Shown in pieces: positions 11,856-22,906 of a DNA stretch of 34,777 bases (position 1 is the stretch's first letter; each line of letters starts with the position of its first letter). The stretch comes from Octopus bimaculoides. Taxonomy: Eukaryota. The notes under the pieces were generated by a model. It did no database searches and had not been told where the DNA came from. It saw nothing but the letters and a program-made list of their open reading frames with translations. The DNA is taken from contig NC_069000.1 of assembly GCF_001194135.2 (NCBI RefSeq), positions 33,920,942 to 33,955,718 on the forward strand. The letters are read 5' to 3'. The position numbers and the translations under genes are program-made.

Positions 11856-12187
11856 CCACGTGCTTTCACTTACACGCGTACGCACGCGCGAGTGTGGGGG
11901 TGTATAATAGATCAGGATTGAGTGAATCAAGCACTAGAATAGTAAAGTACCGGGTCGGGTTGGGTCGAAAAGTAAAATGTGTACACAACGAAAATAGAGT
12001 GATATATACGCGAATACCAAAGTACAGGCAGAATGATATTGAGGTTATGTACACGATTAACTGTACCCGACAGAGTATATCATGAGCTAATCAGGAAACG
12101 CACATTGCACAAGATGTACGGTCCCTAATATACTTCGGGACTACGCAAGGTGCAAGTTCCGAGTGAGCTGAATAAATGAATATTTAT

Positions 12188-12234
<47 letters not shown>

Positions 12235-12445
12235 TGTCTGTGTTTATCCCCCTTCACCATCGCTTGACAGCCGGTGTTGATATGTTTACGTCCCCATAAT
12301 TTAGCAACTTGGCAATATACACCGATAGAATGACTACTAGGCTTTAAGAGAAAAAGTCCTGGGGTCGATTTGTTCGACTAAAACCTTTCAAGGTGGTGCC
12401 CCAACAGGGCCGCAGTCAAATGACTAAAACAAGTAAAGATAAACT
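12235..12445 (+). mobile_element. Diverged family B SINE 3' half
   Basis: catcgcttgacagccggtg...cctggggtcgatttgttcgactaa...cagtcaaatgactaaaacaagtaaag, preceded by a (GT)n tract. Confidence 0.7.
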
Positions 12446-12529
12446 ACGTATATAATATAACACAATGATAGAGGATAACAGAAGGTGGATAGGGATATCT
12501 GGGAAATATTGACTGAAAGCCGTACATCA

Positions 12530-12919
12530 CAGGGTGCAAGACAATCAAGAGCAGGTGTGGTGTCTTTGAACAAAAGCGAATGGAGCATAATGCTTTGAGG
12601 CTTTCGCTCTGTAAACGAGACCCAAATGCGGTGACTGTAGAAACACGGCAGGTGTTAAGATCGTGTGGGCGATCTCTTCTCAGATGGGCTGGGTGTGTCG
12701 GCCATCTAAAGACGCATGAGCCAAGGAGAAATCGAACTGCTTGTGAGATGGTTCTACCGTCACGTGCACCACGGTGTATTCGTACTGAAAAAAATATATA
12801 ATCTCTGCGAACATTCTTGAAGAACGAAAGCTGGGCTGAAAAACCATCTGCGTGCACATAATCGAGCAATATTCACTGAAGAAGTAGCAGTCTGCATGTA
12901 CATCTGCTGATGTACATGC

Positions 12920-12922
<3 letters not shown>
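12530..12922 (+). mobile_element. Second, divergent RTE LINE 3' end with C2H2 zinc fingers
   Basis: KTIKSRCGVFEQKRMEH...CGRSLLRWAGCVGHLKTH, then after a frameshift NLCEHS*RTKAGLKNHLRAH. Ends at a (GATA)n tract. Confidence 0.65.
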
Positions 12923-12975
<53 letters not shown>

Positions 12976-13408
12976 GTGCTTGCGTGTATGTGTATACACA
13001 CACACAAAGAGTATGAGAGTGGAAGTCGCATATTTCGACCACTTGATCTCTTTGGGACACAATAACCGATTGCTAGTTTTATCGGTGATTATAGTAAGCG
13101 GCTTCCACTATATATGGCATAAACTGGCTTTTTTTAACTACTTCTGCTCATCTTTCTAACTGTTTTGTCACACACATTCACCACGCTACAACAAATTTTA
13201 TCACACCCCACTGCGTCGTAAAACCTGCACTGTTTGAATAAAGAAATTCTTACAGTACTTTACCTACTGAATAACCTTACATTAAAGTTCAGCTAATGCG
13301 ACCTTTGTCATCACTCCTTTACATGCCTGCACTAATTTTTTTCATCCACGTACTATTACTATTGTTACCACATTACCTAATGCTACTTATACTACTAAAT
13401 TCAACCAA

Positions 13409-13660
13409 CTACACCACTCTTATTAACACGGTTGGCGCAGAGGCCCAACAGTCTACAATGGCCGACCGATAGCAACACATATCTCCAAACATTTGCATTA
13501 ATTTCTTTTTATTTGAAAAAGGGTATTTTTCCCGAAATATAGGATCATTAAACAACCTATCGAAGGTAATACAATATATTTTCTCCTTGTTTCCATTCGT
13601 TGACATTGCCTTACATATTTTACTTAACTCCTCACTTGTGTTGCTCAAACGGTTTTGCAA
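13409..13660 (-). mobile_element. Possible Penelope-like element remnant
   Basis: SNTSEELSKICKAMSTNGNKEKI resembles the ELxxIxxxLxxNGY segment downstream of PLE reverse transcriptases. Weak similarity only. Confidence 0.3.
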
Positions 13661-14489
13661 ACATTTATTTCATTTATCTACGTTGTAATACTCCAAGAAA
13701 ATTATCTTACAATGACCATACACTTACATACATTTACATATGTGTGTGTGTGCGCGCGTGTGTGTTTGCATGTTAATGTTTGTTCTTATATTAAATTACA
13801 ATAAAAACAATTTCACATTAATTTGAGGGTTTACTCTATACTTTTCTAGAGTACACACACACACAGACACACACACACACACACACACACANNNNNNNNN
13901 NNNNNNNNNNNNNNNNNNNNNNNNNNNNNNNNNNNNNNNNNNNNNNNNNNNNNNNNNNNNNNNNNNNNNNNNNNNNNNNNNNNNNNNNNNNNNNNNNNNN
14001 NNNNNNNNNNNNNNNNNNNNNNNNNNNNNNNNNNNNNNNNNNNNNNNNNNNNNNNNNNNNNNNNNNNNNNNNNNNNNNNNNNNNNNNNNNNNNNNNNNNN
14101 NNNNNNNNNNNNNNNNNNNNNNNNNNNNNNNNNNNNNNNNNNNNNNNNNNNNNNNNNNNNNNNNNNNNNNNNNNNNNNNNNNNNNNNNNNNNNNNNNNNN
14201 NNNNNNNNNNNNNNNNNNNNNNNNNNNNNNNNNNNNNNNNNNNNNNNNNNNNNNNNNNNNNNNNNNNNNNNNNNNNNNNNNNNNNNNNNNNNNNNNNNNN
14301 NNNNNNNNNNNNNNNNNNNNNNNNNNNNNNNNNNNNNNNNNNNNNTAAATATCCCAGTTGATCAAGACGCGTGTAGAGCAATCGCAATTTCGCCGCGTGA
14401 ATTTTCTTTTATTTGTTTCTGCCATTGGATACCGCTATGCTGGGGCACGGCCTTGAAGGACTTTGTCAGACAAATCGACCTTTATGTCT

Positions 14490-15053
14490 GGCACCTTAAT
14501 GCCCTAATGCAACACCAGGCAGTGGCTCTTGTGACTTCTGATCTTAACTGATTGGAAGTGTTATCATGTACATGTTTTGTCTTGGTATAAAATATGGGCT
14601 GCCGCAAATATTCTGCTCAATACCACAGATTTGCTTGTCAGTTGCTTGACCTTAATCAGTTAAATATGTGCCTTAGAAGCTGGCGATATGTGCATTTCTG
14701 ATCCCGAGCAAGAGTAGTGGAGAAGCATCACAACCATGTGTTGAGAAGAATTATTTGGGGCTTCAATAATTCACCCCCTAGAAACATGAGTGTTTTGTTC
14801 ATCATCCTTAAATAACCCTTATTCAGGGAGTTTTTGAGTGGGATGGGCTATGAGACCTGAAGAAAATTCTCACTGGACCCTACCTGCAAGGTATTCATGA
14901 TTATCTTGATATGAGGTCATCCTGTTGCACACATATGGTTTTGATGCATGTGCCTGGTGTACCCTTATCAGACGGGTAGTCATGATGGGTATATCGGGCT
15001 TTGTATATTTGTACCCCGGTGTCACTTTGATAGCATGAGCTGCTTTCTCACTC

Positions 15054-15090
<37 letters not shown>

Positions 15091-15165
15091 GGCTTCGTAT
15101 ATTTTAACCCAGTGTCACTTTGATGGCATGCACTGCTCCCTCACTCGATAATTATAATAATAATC
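14490..15165 (+). mobile_element. Unclassified non-LTR-like repeat ending in (AAT)n, 3' end duplicated
   Basis: The terminal ~60 bp (gggcttt/cgtatatt...gtgtcactttgat.gcatg..ctgct..ctcactc) occurs twice (~14996-15054 and ~15090-15146), each followed by an AAT-rich tail. Confidence 0.5.
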
Positions 15166-15171
15166 TGAATA

Positions 15172-15225
15172 TGGACCCTAAAAACAGGAATAATCCCTAT
15201 AATAATAGGTGCATTAGGTATGCTT
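15172..15225 (+). mobile_element. Tiny R4/Dong-like endonuclease-domain fragment
   Basis: Translates WTLKTGIIPIIIGALGM, the same motif as WHLKARTLPIIVCALGI at about 15904-15955. Confidence 0.5.
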
Positions 15226-15769
15226 GAAAAATGCACCACTAATATACTGTGCTATAATATACTTGTGATGAGTGTGACTTTAACCATGAATATGAAAATA
15301 GTGTAATATTATTAAAGAGTTATGATGTGAAACACGCCGAGTAGGTATCAGCTGTATGCACCGTATTACGGTAGGTAGTAACATGCCGGTACCGGGTAGA
15401 TATGTTACCGGTGGTAATATAACATAATTATGAGATATAAATTGATTACACTCAGCTAGTTTGTTAAGTTTGATGGATATAAATAAAAGAGAAAGTGTAA
15501 ATATTTATAAGAGCTACGCGGTCTTGTTTATGGGTTTTGTTAATTACTAGGACGTGTATTTTGATGCATAGAATTGGTAATATTATTGTAATTCATTGTG
15601 CTTTTGTTTTTATTCGCTTAGTGATCAGTTGGGTTTCTACTACTGAGACGGTACTTCGGATTCTAGTTTGAATTTAAGCCCCTCAAATGTAGTACTCATG
15701 TTATAGTCGACTCCATAAATTTAACCTTAAAGATGGTCTAAAAAATTTAACTTTTACACGAGTATATAC

Positions 15770-16255
15770 GGTAATTATCAAAGACAGAGAAGAAAATACT
15801 TGTAGACTAATAGATGTAAGTGTTCCCTTTGATAAAAAATATATCTGTAATGGAATTTGACAAATTAAGTGAATATAAGGACCTGGAAATTGGAATACAA
15901 AAGATGTGGCATCTTAAAGCGAGAACTCTACCTATTATTGTATGTGCCCTAGGTATAATAAAAAAAAAACCGATGTCAGAAACATCCAGATAACATTCCA
16001 GGAGAACCATGTCTCAGAGAAATCCAAAAGATTGTGCTGACAAATACTATCCACATCCTTAGAAAAACCATATCCATTTAAATGTCTGTGTCGTATTACA
16101 TGTAGATATTTCGCGACTGCCCCTGCCAATTCCCCTCCCCAAGATTTCATTTATACTATAACATCTCTTATCCTTCACCTGCCTTAGGACGCTGGGTGTG
16201 TCTCAGCAAGTGATTGTTACAAACATGCAGATTAAAAGTAAACAATAATAATAAT

Positions 16256-16257
<2 letters not shown>
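15770..16257 (+). mobile_element. R4/Dong-clade non-LTR retrotransposon 3' end (restriction-like endonuclease C-terminus, 3' UTR, AAT tail)
   Basis: KDREENTCRLIDVSVPFDK/NISVMEFDKLSEYKDLEIGIQKMWHLKARTLPIIVCALGII.../PGEPCLREIQKIVLTNTIHILRKTISI*, with frameshifts. A UTR and aataataataat follow. Confidence 0.75.

Positions 16258-16312
<55 letters not shown>
16257..16312. repeat. (GTA)n microsatellite
   Basis: Directly visible. Confidence 0.95.
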
Positions 16313-16313
<1 letters not shown>

Positions 16314-16759
16314 CCATCCCCATTGTCACAAGGCTACTATTTCTCTGCAGTCTTTTGAGGATGGGAATGAAATCGAGAGACTAGATGGAATTACAAGCTG
16401 TTGAGGAGCGGCCAAAAGAAGTAAAAAGCAAAGAGCCTATAAAAAAGAAGACCTGAAAGAGCCAAGAAGAGAAGTATATACTCTACGAAATCTTTCAACT
16501 TTACAGTGGGCCTAAAGAGCGCAATCCATTATAAAAGCGGGAGGGTAACGGACCAAATTAATATGTTGCGTACAAGATACTCCGAAATGACAGACTCTTG
16601 GTAAAAACCCCGCTGACAATTAATGAACATGTGAATAATTATGCATCAAACGCAAGGTTTTCCATAGCATGGCTGACTCAAAAATTACTCACTGGCACTG
16701 TTGCAATGCGAGGAATAGGTGAAGAAGGACTGTCCAAGCATGAAATTGTCTAATCTACC

Positions 16760-16925
16760 TTAGCAGGATTAGACGTCTAAAGAAATCTGACCGTTCGGCT
16801 CCTGTTGGAGCAGAAACTGCCACTAATCTGAAGGTTCCTGTTGGAGAATAGACTGCCACTAGTCTGAAGGTTCCTGTTGGAGCATATACTGCCACTAGTC
16901 TGAAGGCTCCACTGTTGCCTTCCTT
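16760..16925 (-). mobile_element. Tx1/L1-like APE endonuclease fragment with internal 36-bp triplication
   Basis: FRLVAVYAPTG x3, then AERSDFFRRL. The motif xxVYAP...R..FF..L is characteristic of L1/Tx1 endonucleases. Confidence 0.6.
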
Positions 16926-17289
16926 GTTTGCTAACGTCCAAAACCACCATCCTCGTACTCGTGTATGGTATGTGGTCGTGTTACTTTTCTTTGTTTTCAT
17001 CTGTATTAGCACACATACACGCGCGCGCACGTACACACACTCACACATATGTATATATGTATGTATGTATGTTTGTATTTATATTTTCACCTATTTATAC
17101 TGCTTATTTGTATCAAATTTGTCTTTACATAAAATGAGTGAGGTCTTTGCTCCTTATCTCGTTTTTATAGAACTACGTACTTTTACAGCGCCGCACGGCT
17201 TGGAAAGTGTTTTGTAAAACATTTTGTACGCATGAATGGTAACTGCTACCAAATAAACGAAAGCGTTACTATTGTTGCTAAATACGGCT

Positions 17290-17715
17290 CATTTGCGTTC
17301 TGAGTTCAAATTCTACCGAGGTCGACTTTGCATTTTATCTTTACTGAGTCGATAAAAGAAGTACCAACTCATCACTGAGATCGATGTAATCGAGTTACCC
17401 ACTCCCCTAAAATTGCTGGTCTTATGCCAAAATTTGAAATCATTATAATGGTTTCAAATGCCGTCGAAGTTGATTTTGCCTTCTATCCTCTCGGGGTCGA
17501 TAGAATAGTACCAGCGAGATCAATGGATTCGACTAATCCCATCTCTGAAATTCCACGCCTTATATCTGTCATAGAAAAAATTATTAATATTATTAAAAGA
17601 AGTTAGCATTTGGCAATGTTTTGTTACTTCTCTTTTATGTTCTAAGTTTAAATCCTGCTGGGGATCGATTTTGCTATCCATTCTCCAGTTGGATGACTAT
17701 ACTCCCCTCCAAAAT
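17290..17715 (+). mobile_element. Cluster of three decayed family A SINE copies
   Basis: Core-like gtcgactttgc/ttttgccttctatcctctcggggtcgata segments at about 17320, 17470 and 17660. Confidence 0.6.
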
Positions 17716-17859
17716 TTGTCTTGTACTTATAAAAAAAAAGATCAATTCTATATCGTAAATATTTTATTCCTTTTGCACCAAGTGATTTCGTTATTTATTT
17801 TATCATTTGTTTATTTATTTTTCTTGGTTTATTTTATTCATCTATTTATTTATTCTCAG

Positions 17860-17924
17860 ATTCCAAGAAGAACTTCCGAAAACTATCTCTTCAATAACTG
17901 CATCGAATATTTGAAAAATCAACC
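17860..17924 (+). other. Predicted 5' UTR part of the first coding exon of the MCT gene
   Basis: A long T-rich tract ends in ttctcAG (AG at 17858-17859). An in-frame TAA at 17895-17897 lies upstream of the ATG at 17925. Confidence 0.6.
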
Positions 17925-18159
17925 ATGAAAAGTCTATCCACAAGTCTTAGGAGCATCCAGTCGCCAATGTACATCCATTCTCCCGACGGCGGCTGGGGTT
18001 GGGTTGTTTGTCTCAGTTCTTTCGGAATAAACTTCATTTTAGACGGCACTTTGTTCTGCTTCGGCATTCTCTATATGGATCTTTTGAAATATTTTGATGG
18101 AAGTCCTGCTCAGATAGCTTGTGTTGGATCAACTTTAACTGGAATGCACATGATGATAG
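17925..18159 (+). CDS. Monocarboxylate transporter (SLC16/MCT-like), coding exon 1 (N-terminus, TM1-TM2)
   Basis: Translates MKSLSTS...SPDGGWGWVVCLSSFGINFILDGTLFCFGILY...GSTLTGMHMMIG. PDGGWGW is the MCT family signature. Ends at donor G|GTATGA (phase 1). Confidence 0.93.
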
Positions 18160-18313
18160 GTATGACTTTCTATCCCCTTTCTTTTAACAATTTCGTAAGC
18201 AAGTGGTTTCGGGTTCACTCTCATTGCATGGCATCTTGAGCAAGTGTCTTCTACTACATCTCGACGGAAACTGTGCTAAATCTCGTCGTCATGTGCGTGT
18301 GTGTGCATGCATA

Positions 18314-18392
<79 letters not shown>

Positions 18393-18439
18393 GTTTCACT
18401 GTCTGATGCATCTTGTTTATATTTAGATCTAGTAATGAA

Positions 18440-18650
18440 CTGAACTGGCACTCTGTCGATTACGACGGTGAGGATTTCAGTTGATCCAATCAACGGAACA
18501 GCCTGCTCGTGAAACTGACGTACAAGTGGCTGAGTACTTCACAGACACGCGTACCCTTAACGTAGTTCAGGGAGATTCAGCGTGACACAGAATAGGACAA
18601 GGCTGGCCCTTTGAAATACTGGTACAACTCATTTTTGCCAGTTGAGCAAT
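18440..18650 (-). mobile_element. Family C SINE body in coding intron 1
   Basis: Reverse complement matches 27760-27900 and 34310-34445 (gtgtcacgctgaatctccctgaactacgttaagggtac...gagcaggctgttccgttgat). Confidence 0.7.
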
Positions 18651-18818
18651 AAATAGAATCAAAGTGTTACAGTAAAGATTTAGTTTGTTCATCATTAACA
18701 ACGGGACTTCTAAGAAGATCATAAACTATATCACAATTTAATATAACAATCTATTCTATTTCATTAATTGTTTTTGTGTGGATGTCTGATATTACATAAC
18801 TTCATTGTGTCGTTTCAG

Positions 18819-18962
18819 GTCCTGTAGTTAGTCTGTTGTTGATGCGATTCAGCCACAGATATGTTGCCATCTTAGGTGGATTTTTTGCTGGATTGGCGCT
18901 TGCTATAAGTACGTGGGTGGAGAGCGTTGAGTTGTTGATTTTAATCTACGGTGTGTGTGGAG
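18819..18962 (+). CDS. MCT-like coding exon 2 (TM3-TM4)
   Basis: Acceptor gtttcAG and donor G|GTAAGA; 144 nt, phase 1-1. Translates (G)PVVSLLLMRFSHRYVAILGGFFAGLALAISTWVESVELLILIYGVCG(G), in frame with exon 1. Confidence 0.93.
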
Positions 18963-19189
18963 GTAAGATAATTTTTTTTATTCATTTATTTTTATTTATA
19001 TATTTATGTTATGTTGCAGTTGGCGGGAAAATATATATATATTGTTGGTTACAGATTGGCAATGAACAAATTACTGGATTACTGCATTTATAACAGCGAG
19101 AGTCACAAGGGAGTGTCTGAAACGCAGTGCAGAACAATAATTGCAAAAGATATCGTTCGAAGAGTACCGATGAAAGATACACGCATACA

Positions 19190-19244
<55 letters not shown>

Positions 19245-19440
19245 TTGTCTATCTATCTATCTATTTGTCTATGTATTTTTCTGTGTGGGTAGCTCTCCTT
19301 ATCTATCTATCTGTCTAACTATATATATACTGTGTGTGCACGTGTATGCGTGTGTGCGTGCGCGTGTGTGTATATACACACATACATACATACATACGTA
19401 CATGCATACATACATACATACATACATACATACATACATA
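19190..19440. repeat. (TCTA)n and (CATA)n microsatellites in intron 2
   Basis: Directly visible. Confidence 0.95.
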
Positions 19441-19854
19441 CGACCCTCCGCACAGGTCTGTCTTACTAAGTCTCTCAAACTGGCCCTAATAGTACACGTG
19501 TCACTGGAAATACACAGCAGCTTATACACTAATTTGAATTCAGCCAAACGATGAGCATTAAGTTGATGATTGAATGCTTATCGTTACTAAACTCACACCA
19601 ACTGCACAAAAAAGTTTCGTCTTTCAATTATATTTGTTTGAAGCTTATTTTAAACTCCTGTAATTTGTCCTTTCTGTTCTGCTGGTGATTTCCCATTAAA
19701 ATGCAATATTACAAAACTCTAGAGCAAATAGAAAGATTGATCGCGTTATACTTGATATTGTCTACCACTCCGATCGCATAAAAAAAAGCCTCAACATAAA
19801 CCCACATCAGATTTTGTTTTGTAACACAACATATTACAAAAAGAAAAAAGAAAG

Positions 19855-20060
19855 GCGCGCAGATAGAAGTATTAGCATGCCGACAAAATACTTGGCGGCA
19901 TTTCTTCCGTCTTTACGTTTTGTGTTCAAATTCCACCGAGGTCGACTTTGCTATTCATCTTTTGGGGGTCGTTAAGTACTTGTTAAACACTGGGGTCGAT
20001 GTAATTGATTTAACCTCTCCCCCGAAATTGCTGACCTTGTACCAAAATCTGAAACCAATA
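19855..20060 (+). mobile_element. Monomeric family A SINE
   Basis: gttcaaattccaccgaggtcgactttgctattcatc...gaaattgctgaccttgtaccaaaatctgaaacc. Confidence 0.7.
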
Positions 20061-20483
20061 TTACAAAAAAAATTGCAATTATATTAGCTCCTTGCAGTGA
20101 TATGAAATATCACATTTTCGGTGTTCTGGGGCACGAAAAGTTGTGTAATTTGTACATTTCTCCGGTACATTAGCAAAGTAAACACTGTTTTGAAACTGAA
20201 AATTTCAATTGGATTACGCAGCCAACTTTTTTTTTTTTTTTTTTTGCTAAGACTTAATTAAAGAAAATGAGCAACACCCATGACCTGGCCGACCTACGAG
20301 ACGTGAAGAAGAGAAAGTGAAACTAAATCCGATTGGTTGTTACAAACCACTACTTTAGTCCTTGAAAGTAGCCTAGCTGAAAATCAATGACCGCAGATGT
20401 GTCTACTGGTAGAGAGCAGCCTCCCTAGACATTATTCATGAAGCCAGTCGTCTGCCTTACCTGTCGAAAGACATACTCTAGAG

Positions 20484-21197
20484 CAGTGGTTCTCAACCAT
20501 TTTTTGCCTTTGGACCCCTTTGATTCCTATTTTACTCGACTGGACCCCCATAGCCATTCAATGTTTAAATAAGATCCTATATTTTTATTCTCTTTTACTC
20601 TTTTACTTGTTTCAGTCATTTTGACTGTGGCCATGCTGGAGTACCGCCTTTAGTCGAGCAAATAGACCACAGGTTTTATTCTTTGTAAACCTAGTACCTA
20701 TTCTATCGGTCTCTTTTGCCGAACCGCTAAGTTACGGGGACGTAAACACACCAGTTTCGGTTGTCAAGCGATGTTGGGGGGACAAACAGACACACAAACA
20801 CATACACACACATACATATATACATATATNNNNNNNNNNNNNNNNNNNNNNNNNNNNNNNNNNNNNNNNNNNNNNNNNNNNNNNNNNNNNNTTTCCATCT
20901 ACCAAATCCACTCACAAGGCTTTGATCGGCCCGAAGCTATAGTAGAAGACACTTGGCTAAGGTGGTGCCACGCAGTGGGACTGAACCCGGAACCATGTGG
21001 TTGGTAAGCAAGCTACTTACCACACAGCCACTCCTACGCCTATTATTACTAAATATTATCAGGAATTGTATTTAAAAAATTGTTGAAATATTTTGTGCAT
21101 AGTAAAAGTATAACCAATTTTATTGCCCATAAAAATTTTAACAACAAAATCTTGTATGAACCCCTAAGGGTCATATGGACCCTGTTGAGAACCACTT
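20484..21197. mobile_element. hAT (Charlie-like) MITE containing a SINE insertion
   Basis: Left TIR cagtggttctcaac (20484) preceded by ctctagag; right TIR gttgagaaccactt (ends 21197). The right-hand TSD is not recognisable. Confidence 0.65.
20588..21040 (-). mobile_element. Full-length family B SINE (62-N gap at its internal microsatellite)
   Basis: Reverse complement of the family B sequence from ggcgtaggagtggctgtgtgg to gaaacaagtaaaagagtaaaagag. Confidence 0.85.
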
Positions 21198-22048
21198 CCA
21201 TCTGTCCCCGCCAATAAACAATAAACAATAATAATAGTATAGTGGGAAGCCGTGCAGCAGGATATCGAATTATCTTTAGATGGGAGCCCCTCATCCAAAT
21301 TCTTGAGGCTGTGGGGGGTATCGTTAAAAGTATCCATGGTTGAGGCGATGGATTTAAATTGGGCAACGGATTAAGATGTACCACCTTACGTATTGCAAAA
21401 CAATTGTGAATATTTCTTTCAACTGAATATCCCCGTAAATGGAGAACGGGGAATATACGCAAAGCGAAAATATTATGAGGAGTCATTGATTGTTTTTGTT
21501 TCTTGTTTTGTGTTCGATTATTTTCTACTTGTTTTTGTTTGCTTTTTTTCTCGTTGGATGACCTACAACTTTTCAGTAGTCACATGTTTGTGTTTCCGTT
21601 GACTTATTTTAACTTCACTTAGCATTACTTGAGTTTATTTTATCTTCTTGGCTTTTGTCGAGAAAAAGCCATTAACTCGGTGTTCATAAGGACTTATTGC
21701 GTGGGATACTGCGAAAATATGTCTAAACTATACTGGTAAACATGTTTGAAATACGACACGATTAGGACTTGGTTTTATCTTAAAATCTTATATAAACTGA
21801 AAGCACTGCGTTTTTTTGTGCGATAGCATACTTTTCATTAAAAAAATCCTAAAAATAAAAACTGTTATTCAACATTATTCAACGTTGTGTTGGTAACGTT
21901 TCTGGTAAAATTCGCAGAATGTTCCTTCAAGGAACCAAATACACGAAAACAAATAACTTGCACTTTTCTTTGTTCCTTTTGTTGTTCAGTACAATTTTTA
22001 ATTCATAAATGTTAAAACTTATAAAGAATCATTTATAAACAACCATTT

Positions 22049-22404
22049 GGCGTAGGCATTGTTGGATGGTTGAGAAGTTCGCTTTGCAACCAGTTTATTA
22101 CAGGTTCAGTCCACTGTGCAGTGCATTGGGCAAGCATCTTTTCCTATAGCCCCAGACTGATCAATGCCTTGTAAATGAACTTTGCGCGCGCGCGCGCGTG
22201 GTGCGTATCTTTGAATTTCTTCCCATACAGATTGACAACCGGTATTGATTTGTTTATTTCCCCGTAACTTAGCGAGAGAATAATTAGTACGAAACAAAGA
22301 ATGAATGAGTACTGGGGGAAGATTTATTCCACTAAACCCTTTGGGACGGACTCCCAGTATGGCTGCAGTCTAATGACTGAAATGAATTAAAGAATTAGAA
22401 AATA
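22049..22404 (+). mobile_element. Old, diverged family B-like SINE with (CG)n in the internal slot
   Basis: ggcgtaggc...ggttcagtcca...ttgggcaagcatcttttcctatagcc...ccccgtaacttagcg...gcagtctaatgactgaaa. Confidence 0.6.
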
Positions 22405-22814
22405 AATATAATGTTTGAAATTTCAAGTTTACTATTTCGTTTTGTTATCAATCTAATATAAACAGGCGTTTCACCGAATTTTATTGGGCTTTTAAAAGGA
22501 ATTATTGCGTGGGATGCTGCCAAAAATATGTCTAAACTATACTGGTGCGAAAATATGTCTAAACTATACTATTTTATGACCTACATAAGCGATCTGAAAT
22601 ACAAAACCTTCCCTGTGGTAAAAACACTGCCGTTTTCAAAAAAAAAATACTGTTCTAGTAGTTACCATCGCGAAAAAAATACTGGCCCGAATATTTTAAG
22701 ATGTGTTCAGAAAATGTAATGAGTGGATTCCGATCCCTTAAAACACACACTCATAGTAGTAAACACATGAGCATATACAAAATCTTTTATAATGTGCACG
22801 CATATGCGCACACA

Positions 22815-22870
<56 letters not shown>

Positions 22871-22906
22871 TACATACATACATACATACATACATGCATA
22901 CATATA

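Noticed and set aside
16430-16600. Possible R4/Dong N-terminal remnant (KERNP, ILRNDRL in mixed frames)
   Set aside because: Only two short motifs; too degenerate to call.
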